Counted from the first letter of the stretch, positions 27,601 through 38,893 are shown. The stretch: DNA of 64,000 nucleotides from Prevotellaceae bacterium (GCA_031290935.1 JAISLK010000010.1:1748-65747); one strand, 5' to 3'. Made by a program: numbers and translations. The notes: generated by a model not told the origin, from the sequence alone.

Positions 27601-29409
27601 ATGACTAAAAACGACATACGGCTTACAGCGATACTTGGCAACTTGCCGCATTACCCGGGCGTTTATCATTTCCTGAATGCCGACGGGGAAGTGATTTATG
27701 TGGGCAAGGCGAAAGATTTGCGCCGGCGCGTGGCGCAATATTTTATGCCAGGACGGCATGGAAGCGCCAAACTGCAACTGCTGGTCAGTAAAATTGCCGA
27801 TATTCAATATACGGCAGTGCCTACCGAATCCGACGCATTGCTGTTGGAGAACAACCTTATCAAAAAACTGCAACCGCGCTACAATGTTTTGCTCAAAGAC
27901 GATAAAACTTACCCGTGGATTTGTATCAAGAATGAGCCTTTCCCGCGCGTTTTCCATACACGGCGGCGGGTGAAGGACGGCTCGGACTATTACGGCCCTT
28001 ATACTTCCATCGGCATGATGCACGTATTGCTGGAGCTCATCCGCCAGCTGTACCCGCTGCGCACATGCCGTTTGTCGCTTACGCCGGAAGCCATCGCGAA
28101 AAACAAATACAGGCCCTGTCTGGATTTTCACATCGGGAAATGCAAAGCGCCTTGCGCCAACCGGCAAACACTGCGGGAATACATGCAAAATATCGAAGCA
28201 ATAAAAGCCATTATCAGGGGGAACCTGGCGGAAGTCCGCCGGTTATTACAGGAACAGATGCGGCAGTCGGCGGACAGGTATGAATTTGAAGAAGCGCAGA
28301 AAATCAAAGAACGTATCGCCATGCTGGAACGCTACCAGGCAAAGTCCGTCATTGTGAATACCGGCTTGTCCGACGCAGACGTGTTTTCCATTTTGGTGGA
28401 CGGCAACGAGGCTTACTGCAATTTCCTGCATGTGGTGCAGGGAGCCGTGGTGTGGCTGCAAACACTGGAATTGCGCATGGGTATAGAAGAAGAACGCGAG
28501 TCATTATTGAGTTATTTTATCGCCGAAATGCTTGGCCGGACCGGCAACCTCTCCCGGCAGTTAATCGTTCCGTTCCTGCCCGACCAGGAATTGCCCGATA
28601 CGGAATATATCGTACCGAAACGCGGCGACAAATTAAAATTGTTGCAGCTCAGCGAACGCAACGGACGGCTATACAGAATTGAAAAACTCAAGCAACTGGA
28701 AAAACTGTATCCCGAGCGGCATTCGGAACGCGTGCTGGCTGCGGCGCAACGCGACCTGCGCCTTCCGGAACCGCCGGTATATATTGAATGCTTCGACAAC
28801 TCAAATATTCAGGGTGCGTTTCCCGTTTCGTCGTGCGTTGTGTTCCGTAACGCCCACCCCAGCAAGAAGGATTACCGCCGCTTCAATGTGCAAACCGTCG
28901 AAGGGCCCGACGATTTTGCCACCATGTTTGAAGTGGTTACACGCCGCTACAGCCGCCTGAAAAAAGAACGCCTGCCGCTGCCGCAATTAGCGGTCATCGA
29001 CGGCGGAAAGGGGCAGCTGCATGCCGCGTTCGATGCGCTGGCCGCACTCGGGCTGGAAAAGAAAATTGCCCTTGTGGGACTGGCAAAACGGCTGGAAGAA
29101 ATTTATTTCGCCGGCGACAGCGTCCCCCTCTACCTCGATAAGAATTCCACCACCCTGCGCCTGCTCATGCAACTGCGCGACGAAGCGCACCGCTTCGGCA
29201 TTGCCCACCACCGCTCGCGCCGCTCAAAAGCATTAATCGCTACGCAGCTTACCGCCATTGACGGCATCGGGGAAAAGACCGCCGAAAAATTATTGACGGC
29301 CTTCAAAAGCGTTGCCCGCATCAAAGCCGCCTCCCTGAAAGAACTGCAGGCAGTGGCCGGCAAAAAGATTGCCGAAAAAATAATAACAATGCGGAAAGCC
29401 AAAGGGTAG
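27601..29409 (+). CDS. uvrC: Excinuclease ABC subunit C
   Basis: GIY-YIG N-terminus PGVYHFLNADGEVIYVGKAKDLRRRV and C-terminal HhH. The ATG at 27601 is preferred over the TTG at 27592. Confidence 0.95.
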   Translation: MTKNDIRLTAILGNLPHYPGVYHFLNADGEVIYVGKAKDLRRRVAQYFMPGRHGSAKLQLLVSKIADIQYTAVPTESDALLLENNLIKKLQPRYNVLLKDDKTYPWICIKNEPFPRVFHTRRRVKDGSDYYGPYTSIGMMHVLLELIRQLYPLRTCRLSLTPEAIAKNKYRPCLDFHIGKCKAPCANRQTLREYMQNIEAIKAIIRGNLAEVRRLLQEQMRQSADRYEFEEAQKIKERIAMLERYQAKSVIVNTGLSDADVFSILVDGNEAYCNFLHVVQGAVVWLQTLELRMGIEEERESLLSYFIAEMLGRTGNLSRQLIVPFLPDQELPDTEYIVPKRGDKLKLLQLSERNGRLYRIEKLKQLEKLYPERHSERVLAAAQRDLRLPEPPVYIECFDNSNIQGAFPVSSCVVFRNAHPSKKDYRRFNVQTVEGPDDFATMFEVVTRRYSRLKKERLPLPQLAVIDGGKGQLHAAFDALAALGLEKKIALVGLAKRLEEIYFAGDSVPLYLDKNSTTLRLLMQLRDEAHRFGIAHHRSRRSKALIATQLTAIDGIGEKTAEKLLTAFKSVARIKAASLKELQAVAGKKIAEKIITMRKAKG

Positions 29410-29451
29410 CCGGCAGCCGGCAGCCGGCAGTTGCAGCCGGCAGCCCGGCAG
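29410..29451. repeat. Heptamer repeat (CCGGCAG), about 5 copies
   Basis: Begins one base after the uvrC stop. An inverted copy CTGCCGG lies at 29943-29949 on the far side of the 41-bp array. Confidence 0.85.
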
Positions 29452-29546
29452 CTTTAAATCTTTACGCTCTCTGTACCGGAAATCAGTTCCCGGCAAACAC
29501 TAAACAGTCCACAACCTGCCGTCCACAATCAATAACGCCGTACCGC

Positions 29547-29915
29547 GACGCTTCCGGAAGGAATCCGCAGGCGCGGAAAACGTTCCGGACGCTTCTAGAA
29601 GGAATCCGCAGGCGCGGAAAACGTCCCGAAGGCTTCCGGGAGGAATCCGCAGGCGCGGAAAACGCCCCGGACGCTTCTGGAAGGAATCCGCAGGCGCGGA
29701 AAACGTCCCGGACGCTTCCGGAAGGAATCCGCAAGCGCGGAAAACGTCCCGGACGCTTCCGAAAGGAATCCGCAGGCGCGGAAAACGTCCTGGACGCTTC
29801 TGGAAGGAATCCGCAGGCGCGGAAAACGTCCCGGACGCTTCTGGAAGGAATCCGCAGGCGCGGAAAACGCCCCGGACGCTTCCGGAAGGAATCCGCAGGC
29901 GCGGAAAACGCTCCG
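29547..29915. repeat. Tandem array, 9 copies of a 41-bp unit GACGCTTCCGGAAGGAATCCGCAGGCGCGGAAAACGTCCCG
   Basis: Exact 41-bp phasing was checked at several unit starts. Each unit holds two short palindromes (CTTCCGGAAG and TCCGC..GCGGA). Confidence 0.95.
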
Positions 29916-30049
29916 GCAACGTTTTTTTGCTTCCGCCCCCCCCTGCCGGCGCCAGCCTGATTAATTATATTAAACAATTAATCACATTAGCACATCAACA
30001 TTTGCATAATCCGGGAAAAAGTACGTTCTTTGCACTTTAAAATATTTCC

Positions 30050-30592
30050 ATGAAAATAGAAAAAGACAAAGTAGTTTCATTAAGCTACGTGCTGACGGTG
30101 GATGGCGAAACGATAGAAACCGTAACGCCGGAAAAGCCCATGAAATTCATTATGGGTACGGGTTACCTCCTGCCCAGGTTTGAGGAAAACATCTTCGGCA
30201 AACAGGCCGGCGACACGTTTGAATTTACGCTCGCCGCGGCGGACGCTTACGGCGAAACGCTGCCCGAAGCCATTGTTGAATTGCCCGCCTCCCTTTTTGA
30301 GGTAGAGGGCAAGCTGGAAGCGGGCTTGCTAACCGCAGGCAATGTATTGCCCATGACAGATTCCGACGGTAACCGCCTGAACGGCGTTATCGACGAAGTG
30401 CGCAAAGATACGGTCGTAATGAATTTCAATCATCCGCTGGCGGGAGAAGAACTGTATTTCAAAGGTACGGTGGTCGCCGTGCGCGAAGCCACTGCCGAAG
30501 AACTGCTGCACGGGCTGTACGGCGAAAAAAACGCCGGCTGCGGCTGCGGCGGCTGCAGCTGCGATGCCGAAGACTGCAGTACGTGCCGTTAA
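30050..30592 (+). CDS. slyD: FKBP-type peptidyl-prolyl isomerase SlyD with a Cys-rich C-terminal tail
   Basis: MKIEKDKVVSLSYVLTVDGE...NHPLAGEELYF. Tail GCGCGGCSCDAEDCSTCR. Confidence 0.85.
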   Translation: MKIEKDKVVSLSYVLTVDGETIETVTPEKPMKFIMGTGYLLPRFEENIFGKQAGDTFEFTLAAADAYGETLPEAIVELPASLFEVEGKLEAGLLTAGNVLPMTDSDGNRLNGVIDEVRKDTVVMNFNHPLAGEELYFKGTVVAVREATAEELLHGLYGEKNAGCGCGGCSCDAEDCSTCR

Positions 30593-31824
30593 GTACGCCG
30601 CGTTTCCAAATACGAACTGTCCCCATAACTCAGAAACCGGAAATCATTTTGCAGGGCGTAGCGGTACACCCTGCGCCAATCCTCGCCGATGAATGCGCCG
30701 ACTAATAACAGCAGCGTGCTTTGCGGCTGGTGGAAGTTGGTGATTATCCCGTTCACCACCCGGAAAGGGCAGGGCGGCGCTATCAGCAGCCGGGTGGTGG
30801 CGTGTATATTTTCCATTTGATTATTTTCCATATATTGCAGCAACGCCTGTAAGGCCTCGCCGGGAGCGGCTTTGCAGGGGGTGGTGCAGGCTTCCCATTG
30901 CGATACCGCCTGCGGCGGATGCCCGAGCAGGCACTGTTGCCCGAGGAAATACAGGCTTTCCAGCGTGCGGGCAGAAGTCGTCCCCACTGCGACGATGTGG
31001 CCGGCGTATTGCAGCATATTCCGCAGGGCGCGGCGGCTTACGGTGAACGGCTCCTGGTGCATGACGTGCGCGGCAATCGTTTCCGATTTTACCGGCTGGA
31101 ATGTCCCTGCGCCCACGTGCAGGGTCAGGCTTTCGGAAGCTATCCCGCGTTGCGCAAGGCTGTCGAGTACGGCCTGCGTGAAATGCAGGCCGGCAGTGGG
31201 CGCTGCCACCGACCCGTTGTGCCTGGCGTATATTGTTTGATAACGCAGCGTATCTTCCGGCAGGGCGTCGCGCTTCAGGTAGGGCGGGAGGGGCGCTGTG
31301 CCGCACTGCGCCAATACTTGCGCAAACGGCTCGCCGCTGTCCCACGAAAACCGCACCCGTACGCCGCCGGCCTGCTTTTCCAGCAATTCCGCCGACAGGG
31401 TATGCCGCCCGAACGGGAGGTGTAATTTGCCGCTCTTCCAACGCTTGCTGTTGCCGGCCATACACTGCCATTCGCACGGCGAAGCGGCGGAGAAGCAGGC
31501 TTCGTACCCGGCGGGCGACAACGGGGCCAGGCAGAATACCTCTACCGCCGCGCCGGTATCTTTCCGGAAAAGCAGCCGCGCCGGGATAACTTTTGTTTCG
31601 TTAAACACCAGCAACGAGTTTTGGGGCAGCAGCGCCGGAAGCGCCGTGAAGGCGGTGTGCCCGATGTTCCCGGCGATGTACGTTAAAAGCTTTGCCCGGT
31701 CGCGCTGCGCCAGCGGGAACCTGGCGATGCGCTCATCGGGCAAAGGGTAATTATAGTCCGCTATCCGTATATCGGGCGCCGGTGCAGGGGATTCAATGCA
31801 ATTGTTCATAGTAAACCGGTTCAT
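30589..31824 (-). CDS. queA: S-adenosylmethionine:tRNA ribosyltransferase-isomerase
   Basis: IADYNYPLPDERIARFP...PPYL...GTTSARTLES motifs. The start may be the M at 31809. Confidence 0.9.
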   Translation of the reverse strand: MNRFTMNNCIESPAPAPDIRIADYNYPLPDERIARFPLAQRDRAKLLTYIAGNIGHTAFTALPALLPQNSLLVFNETKVIPARLLFRKDTGAAVEVFCLAPLSPAGYEACFSAASPCEWQCMAGNSKRWKSGKLHLPFGRHTLSAELLEKQAGGVRVRFSWDSGEPFAQVLAQCGTAPLPPYLKRDALPEDTLRYQTIYARHNGSVAAPTAGLHFTQAVLDSLAQRGIASESLTLHVGAGTFQPVKSETIAAHVMHQEPFTVSRRALRNMLQYAGHIVAVGTTSARTLESLYFLGQQCLLGHPPQAVSQWEACTTPCKAAPGEALQALLQYMENNQMENIHATTRLLIAPPCPFRVVNGIITNFHQPQSTLLLLVGAFIGEDWRRVYRYALQNDFRFLSYGDSSYLETRRT

Positions 31825-32932
31825 GTTCCGGGAAAATATCGGGATGGAAAATATGCGCCAAATCTTTCAATACCACATCGGGCTGCACCACGCCGGACTC
31901 CCAGAAATCACTGCCGCCGCCGGGAGTAAAGCGGCGGGTATTGTTATATATTTTCCCGTTTATAAATGCCGGCGTGCGGGCAAAACGGCTATCGGCGGCT
32001 TCCAGCTCATGCAGGGTGCGGTAACTATTCGGGTGCAGCCAGTAGTCGGCCTGCATGGCGCAGGTATAGGCGCTCTCCAGGCTCAGCGGAGCGCTGTTGC
32101 GCCCGCTGCGCAGCCCGATGATTTGTGCGCCGGCGTCGCTTACCAGCTTATTCATGTAATTGTCCTCGCCGGGCATGTACCAGGTATCGCGCCAGGGCGC
32201 GTTCATGATTACTTTGGGGCGTGTGCCGGCGGCGCGTACCTGCGCGGCAACCGTTTCGTAGCTTTTCACAATGTCCGAAAACCGCTTCACGGCCGTGTCT
32301 TCCATCTGGAAGAATGCCGCTACAGCTACCATGTATTCCGCTTTCCCCAAAACCGACTCCTCCAAATAATCGGCTAAATATACCACACGGATGCCCATCT
32401 CATTTAACTTGTCGGTAACGCCGGACATCTCGTCGTTGATGCCGTAGGCAAAGACCACGTCGGGCTGCAGGGTAACGATGACCTCGTAGTCCAGTAACGA
32501 TTCGTATCCTGCGTCGCGGATTTCGCCGCGGGCAAGGCGTTCGAGCACCAAAGGGTTGGTGAGGTACCCGGCGCCGGAGACGCCGGCAATCGCCCGGGTT
32601 TGCCCGATGCAGTCAATGAAGGCGACGTGCGATGAGGATAAGCAGATAACCCGCTGCACCGGTACCGGAATATAATTCACCGGCAGCGAATCATGAAACT
32701 GTCCACGCGGGCGCAGGTAATACAGTAATTCCATATTCTCCGCTCCCTGCCAGGGATTGAAGACATGCAGCAATTTGTTGCCGCCTTTCTTTTCGAGGTA
32801 AAAACCTTTGGCGTGCGAAGGTTGGTAATATGTTTGGAAACCCGTTTCCTGTTTCTGCTGCGGCGAATGGCACGCGGTGAAAAGAAGCGCGCAGAGGATA
32901 ATAACAGTCGTAAGTCGTAAGCCGTAAGTCAT
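31793..32932 (-). CDS. ABC transporter periplasmic binding lipoprotein (Fe-siderophore/cobalamin, BtuF-like cluster)
   Basis: Lipobox LFTAC and a Fe/B12 periplasmic-binding domain pattern (ICLSSSHVAFIDCIG...). Confidence 0.7.
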   Translation of the reverse strand: MTYGLRLTTVIILCALLFTACHSPQQKQETGFQTYYQPSHAKGFYLEKKGGNKLLHVFNPWQGAENMELLYYLRPRGQFHDSLPVNYIPVPVQRVICLSSSHVAFIDCIGQTRAIAGVSGAGYLTNPLVLERLARGEIRDAGYESLLDYEVIVTLQPDVVFAYGINDEMSGVTDKLNEMGIRVVYLADYLEESVLGKAEYMVAVAAFFQMEDTAVKRFSDIVKSYETVAAQVRAAGTRPKVIMNAPWRDTWYMPGEDNYMNKLVSDAGAQIIGLRSGRNSAPLSLESAYTCAMQADYWLHPNSYRTLHELEAADSRFARTPAFINGKIYNNTRRFTPGGGSDFWESGVVQPDVVLKDLAHIFHPDIFPEHEPVYYEQLH

Positions 32933-32943
32933 AAAGTTGAGCG

Positions 32944-33003
32944 TTGAGCGTTGAAAGTTGAGAATTGAAAGCTGCTTTTGGTTTTCAACTTTCGACGCTC
33001 AAC
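32944..33003. repeat. Imperfect word-type palindrome (GTTGAGC/GTTGAAAG words)
   Basis: Arm 32944-32962 pairs with arm 32985-33003 with one mismatch. Same word family as 1053-1155. Confidence 0.8.
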
Positions 33004-33083
33004 TTTCAACTGAAAAAAGGCTCTGCCAACCGCAAAGCCCCTCTTAATTTCTCCTGATTGATTCCTAATTCTTAATTCTCTTG

Positions 33084-33155
33084 AGCCTCCCATCGGATTT
33101 GAACCGACGACCTGCTCATTACGAATGAGCTGCTCTACCGCTGAGCTAAGGAGGC
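33084..33155 (-). tRNA. tRNA-Thr (anticodon CGT)
   Basis: The cloverleaf folds by hand: acceptor GCCTCCT/GGGAGGC, D stem GCTC/GAGC, anticodon stem GCTCA/TGAGC with loop TTCGTAA, T loop TTCAAAT. Confidence 0.9.
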
Positions 33156-33168
33156 AATAAAAGGGCTG

Positions 33169-33176
33169 CAAAGATA
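33169..33176 (-). promoter_or_regulatory. -7 box for tRNA-Thr
   Basis: CAAAGATA on the + strand, 14 nt upstream of the tRNA 5' end. Confidence 0.5.
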
Positions 33177-33184
33177 TTGATTTT

Positions 33185-34192
33185 TTATAAATCCTGCAAC
33201 TGTTTTTCCAAACGGGCGCTTTCATTGAGCCGCCGCTGCAAAATAGAACGGTAAGGGGCAATTTCCTTGACCGGATACAGCTTCTCGGCATACTGCAACC
33301 ATTCCAGCGATAGTTCATAGTCGCCGTTGACTTCGCACCCCAGCGCCATGTTGAACGCCGCCTGCGCTGCTGTTTTGCGGTTATTATGCCCGGCATACTG
33401 CTCCCATATTTTCATGGCTTCGTTCCATTCGGAGTTTTCGGCAAGGGCGGCCGCCCGCTGCAAATCCCGGTGGGAAGGCACAAAGAAGAAACGCTGCACC
33501 GTGAGCCAGTAGGGCGCGAGCCGGCGGGCGTACAGTTTCCCCGCTTCCGCTGCGGCCAGCTGCGCCGCTTCCGCCGTGGAGGGCAGTTCTGTGAGGGACT
33601 GTGCGGCGTTCAAGGTATTCTTTTCCCACAGGAGCGTGTCCGAAAGCGTTTCCCGGTGGGTATAGCTGCGGGTAATCGTGTCGTACACTTCAAACGTCGC
33701 CGTATAGGCGGCATAGCTTCCGGCATTAAAATAACCGTCGCCGTTATCCCCGCGCCGCTCGATGCGCCGGAACGGCGTTATGGTAACGTTTTTTACTGCA
33801 ATAATCAAATCATTGTCCGTAATGGCTTCTACCGTGCCGGTGCAGGAGGCCGGGCCGGCGCAAAAAGAATAAAAGCTGTACACCGGCAGGTCATATTCGG
33901 CGAGCGATGCAAATTCTTCCAGCGTTTCCTTGACGCCTATCGCCGCTGTTACGGCATGCAGGCTGTCGTTGCGGAAGGTATGCTGTTCGCCGGTGGTTTC
34001 CGATACATACAGCATCGCATAAATCGCCGGCGTGCGTCCTGTGAACGACAGCGGCTCTTTGGCCGGTTTCAGCACCTGCAGCGATACCACCCGGTAATCA
34101 TCCGCTGCCGCTGTCAGCGCCCACGGCAGGAAGAGGGCAATGGCAGCAAGTTTGACCGTCGTCAGTCGTAAGTTATCAGTCATGGTTCCCAA
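33185..34192 (-). CDS. Hypothetical secreted protein with a TPR-like C-terminal region
   Basis: Signal peptide and helical repeat-like C-terminus. No catalytic motif recognised. Confidence 0.45.
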   Translation of the reverse strand: MGTMTDNLRLTTVKLAAIALFLPWALTAAADDYRVVSLQVLKPAKEPLSFTGRTPAIYAMLYVSETTGEQHTFRNDSLHAVTAAIGVKETLEEFASLAEYDLPVYSFYSFCAGPASCTGTVEAITDNDLIIAVKNVTITPFRRIERRGDNGDGYFNAGSYAAYTATFEVYDTITRSYTHRETLSDTLLWEKNTLNAAQSLTELPSTAEAAQLAAAEAGKLYARRLAPYWLTVQRFFFVPSHRDLQRAAALAENSEWNEAMKIWEQYAGHNNRKTAAQAAFNMALGCEVNGDYELSLEWLQYAEKLYPVKEIAPYRSILQRRLNESARLEKQLQDL

Positions 34193-34211
34193 TTTTTAAT
34201 TCCTCATTCGC

Positions 34212-34958
34212 TCAGGTGTGCATGCCTCCGCAGACAGGGATGACCTGCCCGCTGATGTAGGACGACAGGTCGGAGGCAAGGAAGAGGGCGACGTTTGCTA
34301 CGTCTTCCGGTGTGCCGCCGCGTCGAAGGGGGATTGTTTCCAGCCATTTTTCCCGGACTTCGTCGGATAGCTGGTGTGTCATTTCGGTGATGATAAAGCC
34401 CGGGGCGATGGCGTTGCAGCGGATGCCGCGTGACCCCAGTTCTTTGGCCACCGACTTGGCCAGCCCTATCATGCCGGCTTTGGAGGCGGCATAGTTGGCC
34501 TGTGCCGCGTTGCCCGATATGCCTACCACGGAACTCATGTTGATGATGCTGCCCGCCCGTTGCCGTACCATCACCGGGGCTACGGCGCGGGTGAAGTTAA
34601 ATGCCGATTTGAGGTTCACGGTGATCACCGTATCCCACTGTTCTTCGCTCATGCGCAGCAGCAGGCCGTCGCGCGTGATACCGGCGTTGTTGATTAAAAC
34701 GTCCACCCGCCCGAAGTCTTTCACTATCGTATCGACCACTTGCAGGGTATCGTCGAACCTGGCGGCGTTCGAGGCATAGCCTTTGGCTTTCACGCCCAGC
34801 GCCTGCAGTTCCGTTTCGGTTTGGTTCGCATTCCCGTCTATCGCCAAATCGGTAAATGCCACCGCGCAGCCTTCCCGCGCCAGACGTAACGCTACGGCTT
34901 TCCCGATACCGCGCGCGGCGCCGGTAACAATAGCCGTTTTTCCTTCTAACAGTTTCAT
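34212..34958 (-). CDS. fabG: 3-oxoacyl-ACP reductase
   Basis: TGAARGIGKA, NNAG, and the S...YAASK catalytic triad. 248 aa. Confidence 0.9.
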   Translation of the reverse strand: MKLLEGKTAIVTGAARGIGKAVALRLAREGCAVAFTDLAIDGNANQTETELQALGVKAKGYASNAARFDDTLQVVDTIVKDFGRVDVLINNAGITRDGLLLRMSEEQWDTVITVNLKSAFNFTRAVAPVMVRQRAGSIINMSSVVGISGNAAQANYAASKAGMIGLAKSVAKELGSRGIRCNAIAPGFIITEMTHQLSDEVREKWLETIPLRRGGTPEDVANVALFLASDLSSYISGQVIPVCGGMHT

Positions 34959-34988
34959 GTGTTAATATTTTTTAAATTTATGACGGGA

Positions 34989-34996
34989 CAAAGATA
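34989..34996 (-). promoter_or_regulatory. -7 box for fabG
   Basis: CAAAGATA on the + strand, 31 nt upstream of the start. Confidence 0.5.
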
Positions 34997-35058
34997 CAAC
35001 TTTTTTTGATGTGCCGGCAGGAAGCGGGCAGGGGGCGAATAATTATTCGCCCCTGCTG

Positions 35059-35169
35059 CCGTTCCGCCTCAGAACGGGTGACCGTTCCGCCCTGGAACGG
35101 GTAACCGTTCTGCACTGGAACGGGTGACCGTTCTGCCCTGGAACGGGTGACCGTTCTGAGGCGGAACGG
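35059..35169. repeat. Four to five 23-bp units (GGAACGGGTGACCGTTCTGCCCT) bracketed by a perfect 19-bp inverted repeat
   Basis: CCGTTCCGCCTCAGAACGG (35059-35077) is the exact reverse complement of 35151-35169. Each unit has a GAACGG..CCGTTC hairpin. Confidence 0.9.
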
Positions 35170-35186
35170 GCGGGCGCCCCTGTCCT

Positions 35187-35255
35187 GACCACCCGTGCGG
35201 TCAGCCTTTGACCACCCGTGCGGTCAGCCTTTAACCGCACACGCGGTCAGGGTGG
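35187..35255. repeat. Second 23-bp tandem repeat (GACCACCCGTGCGGTCAGCCTTT): two copies plus one diverged copy
   Basis: Read directly. Adjacent to the previous array. Confidence 0.8.
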
Positions 35256-35309
35256 GCCGGCGTCCGCCCCCATCCGTTCATCCGTTCATCTGTGAATCCG
35301 TGAAATGCC

Positions 35310-38190
<2,881 letters not shown>

Positions 38191-38208
38191 TTAAAAATAA
38201 TAAGGCTG

Positions 38209-38216
38209 CAAAGGTA
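38209..38216 (-). promoter_or_regulatory. -7 box for gyrB
   Basis: CAAAGGTA on the + strand, 31 nt upstream of the start. Confidence 0.5.
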
Positions 38217-38343
38217 CAAAAAATATTTAAAGAGGAAAAGGCCGGCCTTTGGCAGATTTACAGATTGACGGATTGACGGATTCAGGCTGGCGCCGGCGCA
38301 ACTCATAATTAATCACACCAATTCCTGATTCCGCCCCGGTACA

Positions 38344-38480
38344 GGCTGTCGATACTTACCTGTAGTGGCAGTCGATACTTCCCTGTAGTGGCAGTCGATA
38401 CCCCCCTGTAGTGGCAGTCGATACTTACCTGTAGTGTCTGTCGATACTTACCTGTAGTGGCTGTCGTATCTCCACGAGAC
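38344..38480. repeat. Tandem array, 5-6 copies of a 23-bp unit GGCAGTCGATACTTACCTGTAGT
   Basis: Read directly. Flanked by imperfect inverted repeats (38282-38340 versus 38482-38541). Confidence 0.9.
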
Positions 38481-38568
38481 AACCGGGCGGGCAAAACCAG
38501 CTTGGAATTATGAATCAGGAATTGGCAGGCGCCAGCCGGCCTGATTTTCCTGTTCTGATTTTTTTTCA

Positions 38569-38576
38569 TACCTTTG
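38569..38576 (+). promoter_or_regulatory. -7 box TACCTTTG for rpsU
   Basis: 36 nt upstream of the ATG at 38612. Confidence 0.5.
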
Positions 38577-38611
38577 CCAGCCAAAAGAAAAAAGGAGGTG
38601 TATGTGGCCTC

Positions 38612-38803
38612 ATGATTATTGTACAAATAAAAGAAGGCGAAAATATTGAACGGGCGCTGAAAAAATTTAAGCGTAAATTTGAAAAAACAGGCGTAATCCG
38701 TGAATTGCGCGTGCGTAAAAATTTTGAAAAGAAATCCGTAAAACGCCGCGACGAAATTAAACGCGCTGTTTACCGCCAACGCTTGCAGTCGGAAGAAGAA
38801 TAA
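38612..38803 (+). CDS. rpsU: 30S ribosomal protein S21
   Basis: MIIVQIKEGENIERALKKFKRKFEKTGV... 63 aa. Start trimmed from the ORF-track 38510. Confidence 0.92.
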   Translation: MIIVQIKEGENIERALKKFKRKFEKTGVIRELRVRKNFEKKSVKRRDEIKRAVYRQRLQSEEE

Positions 38804-38822
38804 TTTCCCCCTGCCACATAAG

Positions 38823-38866
38823 AACCGGAAAGTCGATTTATTTGCATTTTCCGGTTTTTTTTTTTA
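38823..38866 (+). terminator. Rho-independent terminator after rpsU
   Basis: Stem AACCGGAAA/TTTCCGGTT followed by a T run of more than 10. Confidence 0.7.
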
Positions 38867-38893
38867 CTTTAGCGGTGAAAAAACAACGGACAA

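Noticed and set aside
27535-28188. N-terminal 218-aa extension of the mutS2 ORF (ORF track 25039..28188)
   Set aside because: It runs antisense through uvrC and is Arg/Phe-rich nonsense. A TAnnTTTG box and a conserved MutS2 N-terminus support the start at 27534.
29483-29977. ORFs 29483..29977 and 29500..29919 (-), which encode repetitive FRACGFLPEAS-type peptides
   Set aside because: They exist only because the 41-bp array lacks stops in those frames. There is no promoter, no sensible start context and no non-repeat domain.
30539-30592. Cys-rich tail of SlyD (GCGCGGCSCDAEDCSTCR) as something unusual
   Set aside because: SlyD proteins commonly carry metal-binding His/Cys-rich tails. A Cys-dominated variant is unremarkable.
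32929-33396. 155-aa ORF spanning the palindrome and tRNA-Thr
   Set aside because: It overlaps a well-folding tRNA, its promoter, and the 3' end of a real gene on the same strand.
38309-38779. 156-aa minus-strand ORF across the 23-bp array and antisense to rpsU
   Set aside because: It is partly repeat-encoded and overlaps the rpsU promoter and coding region. S21 on the + strand is unambiguous.
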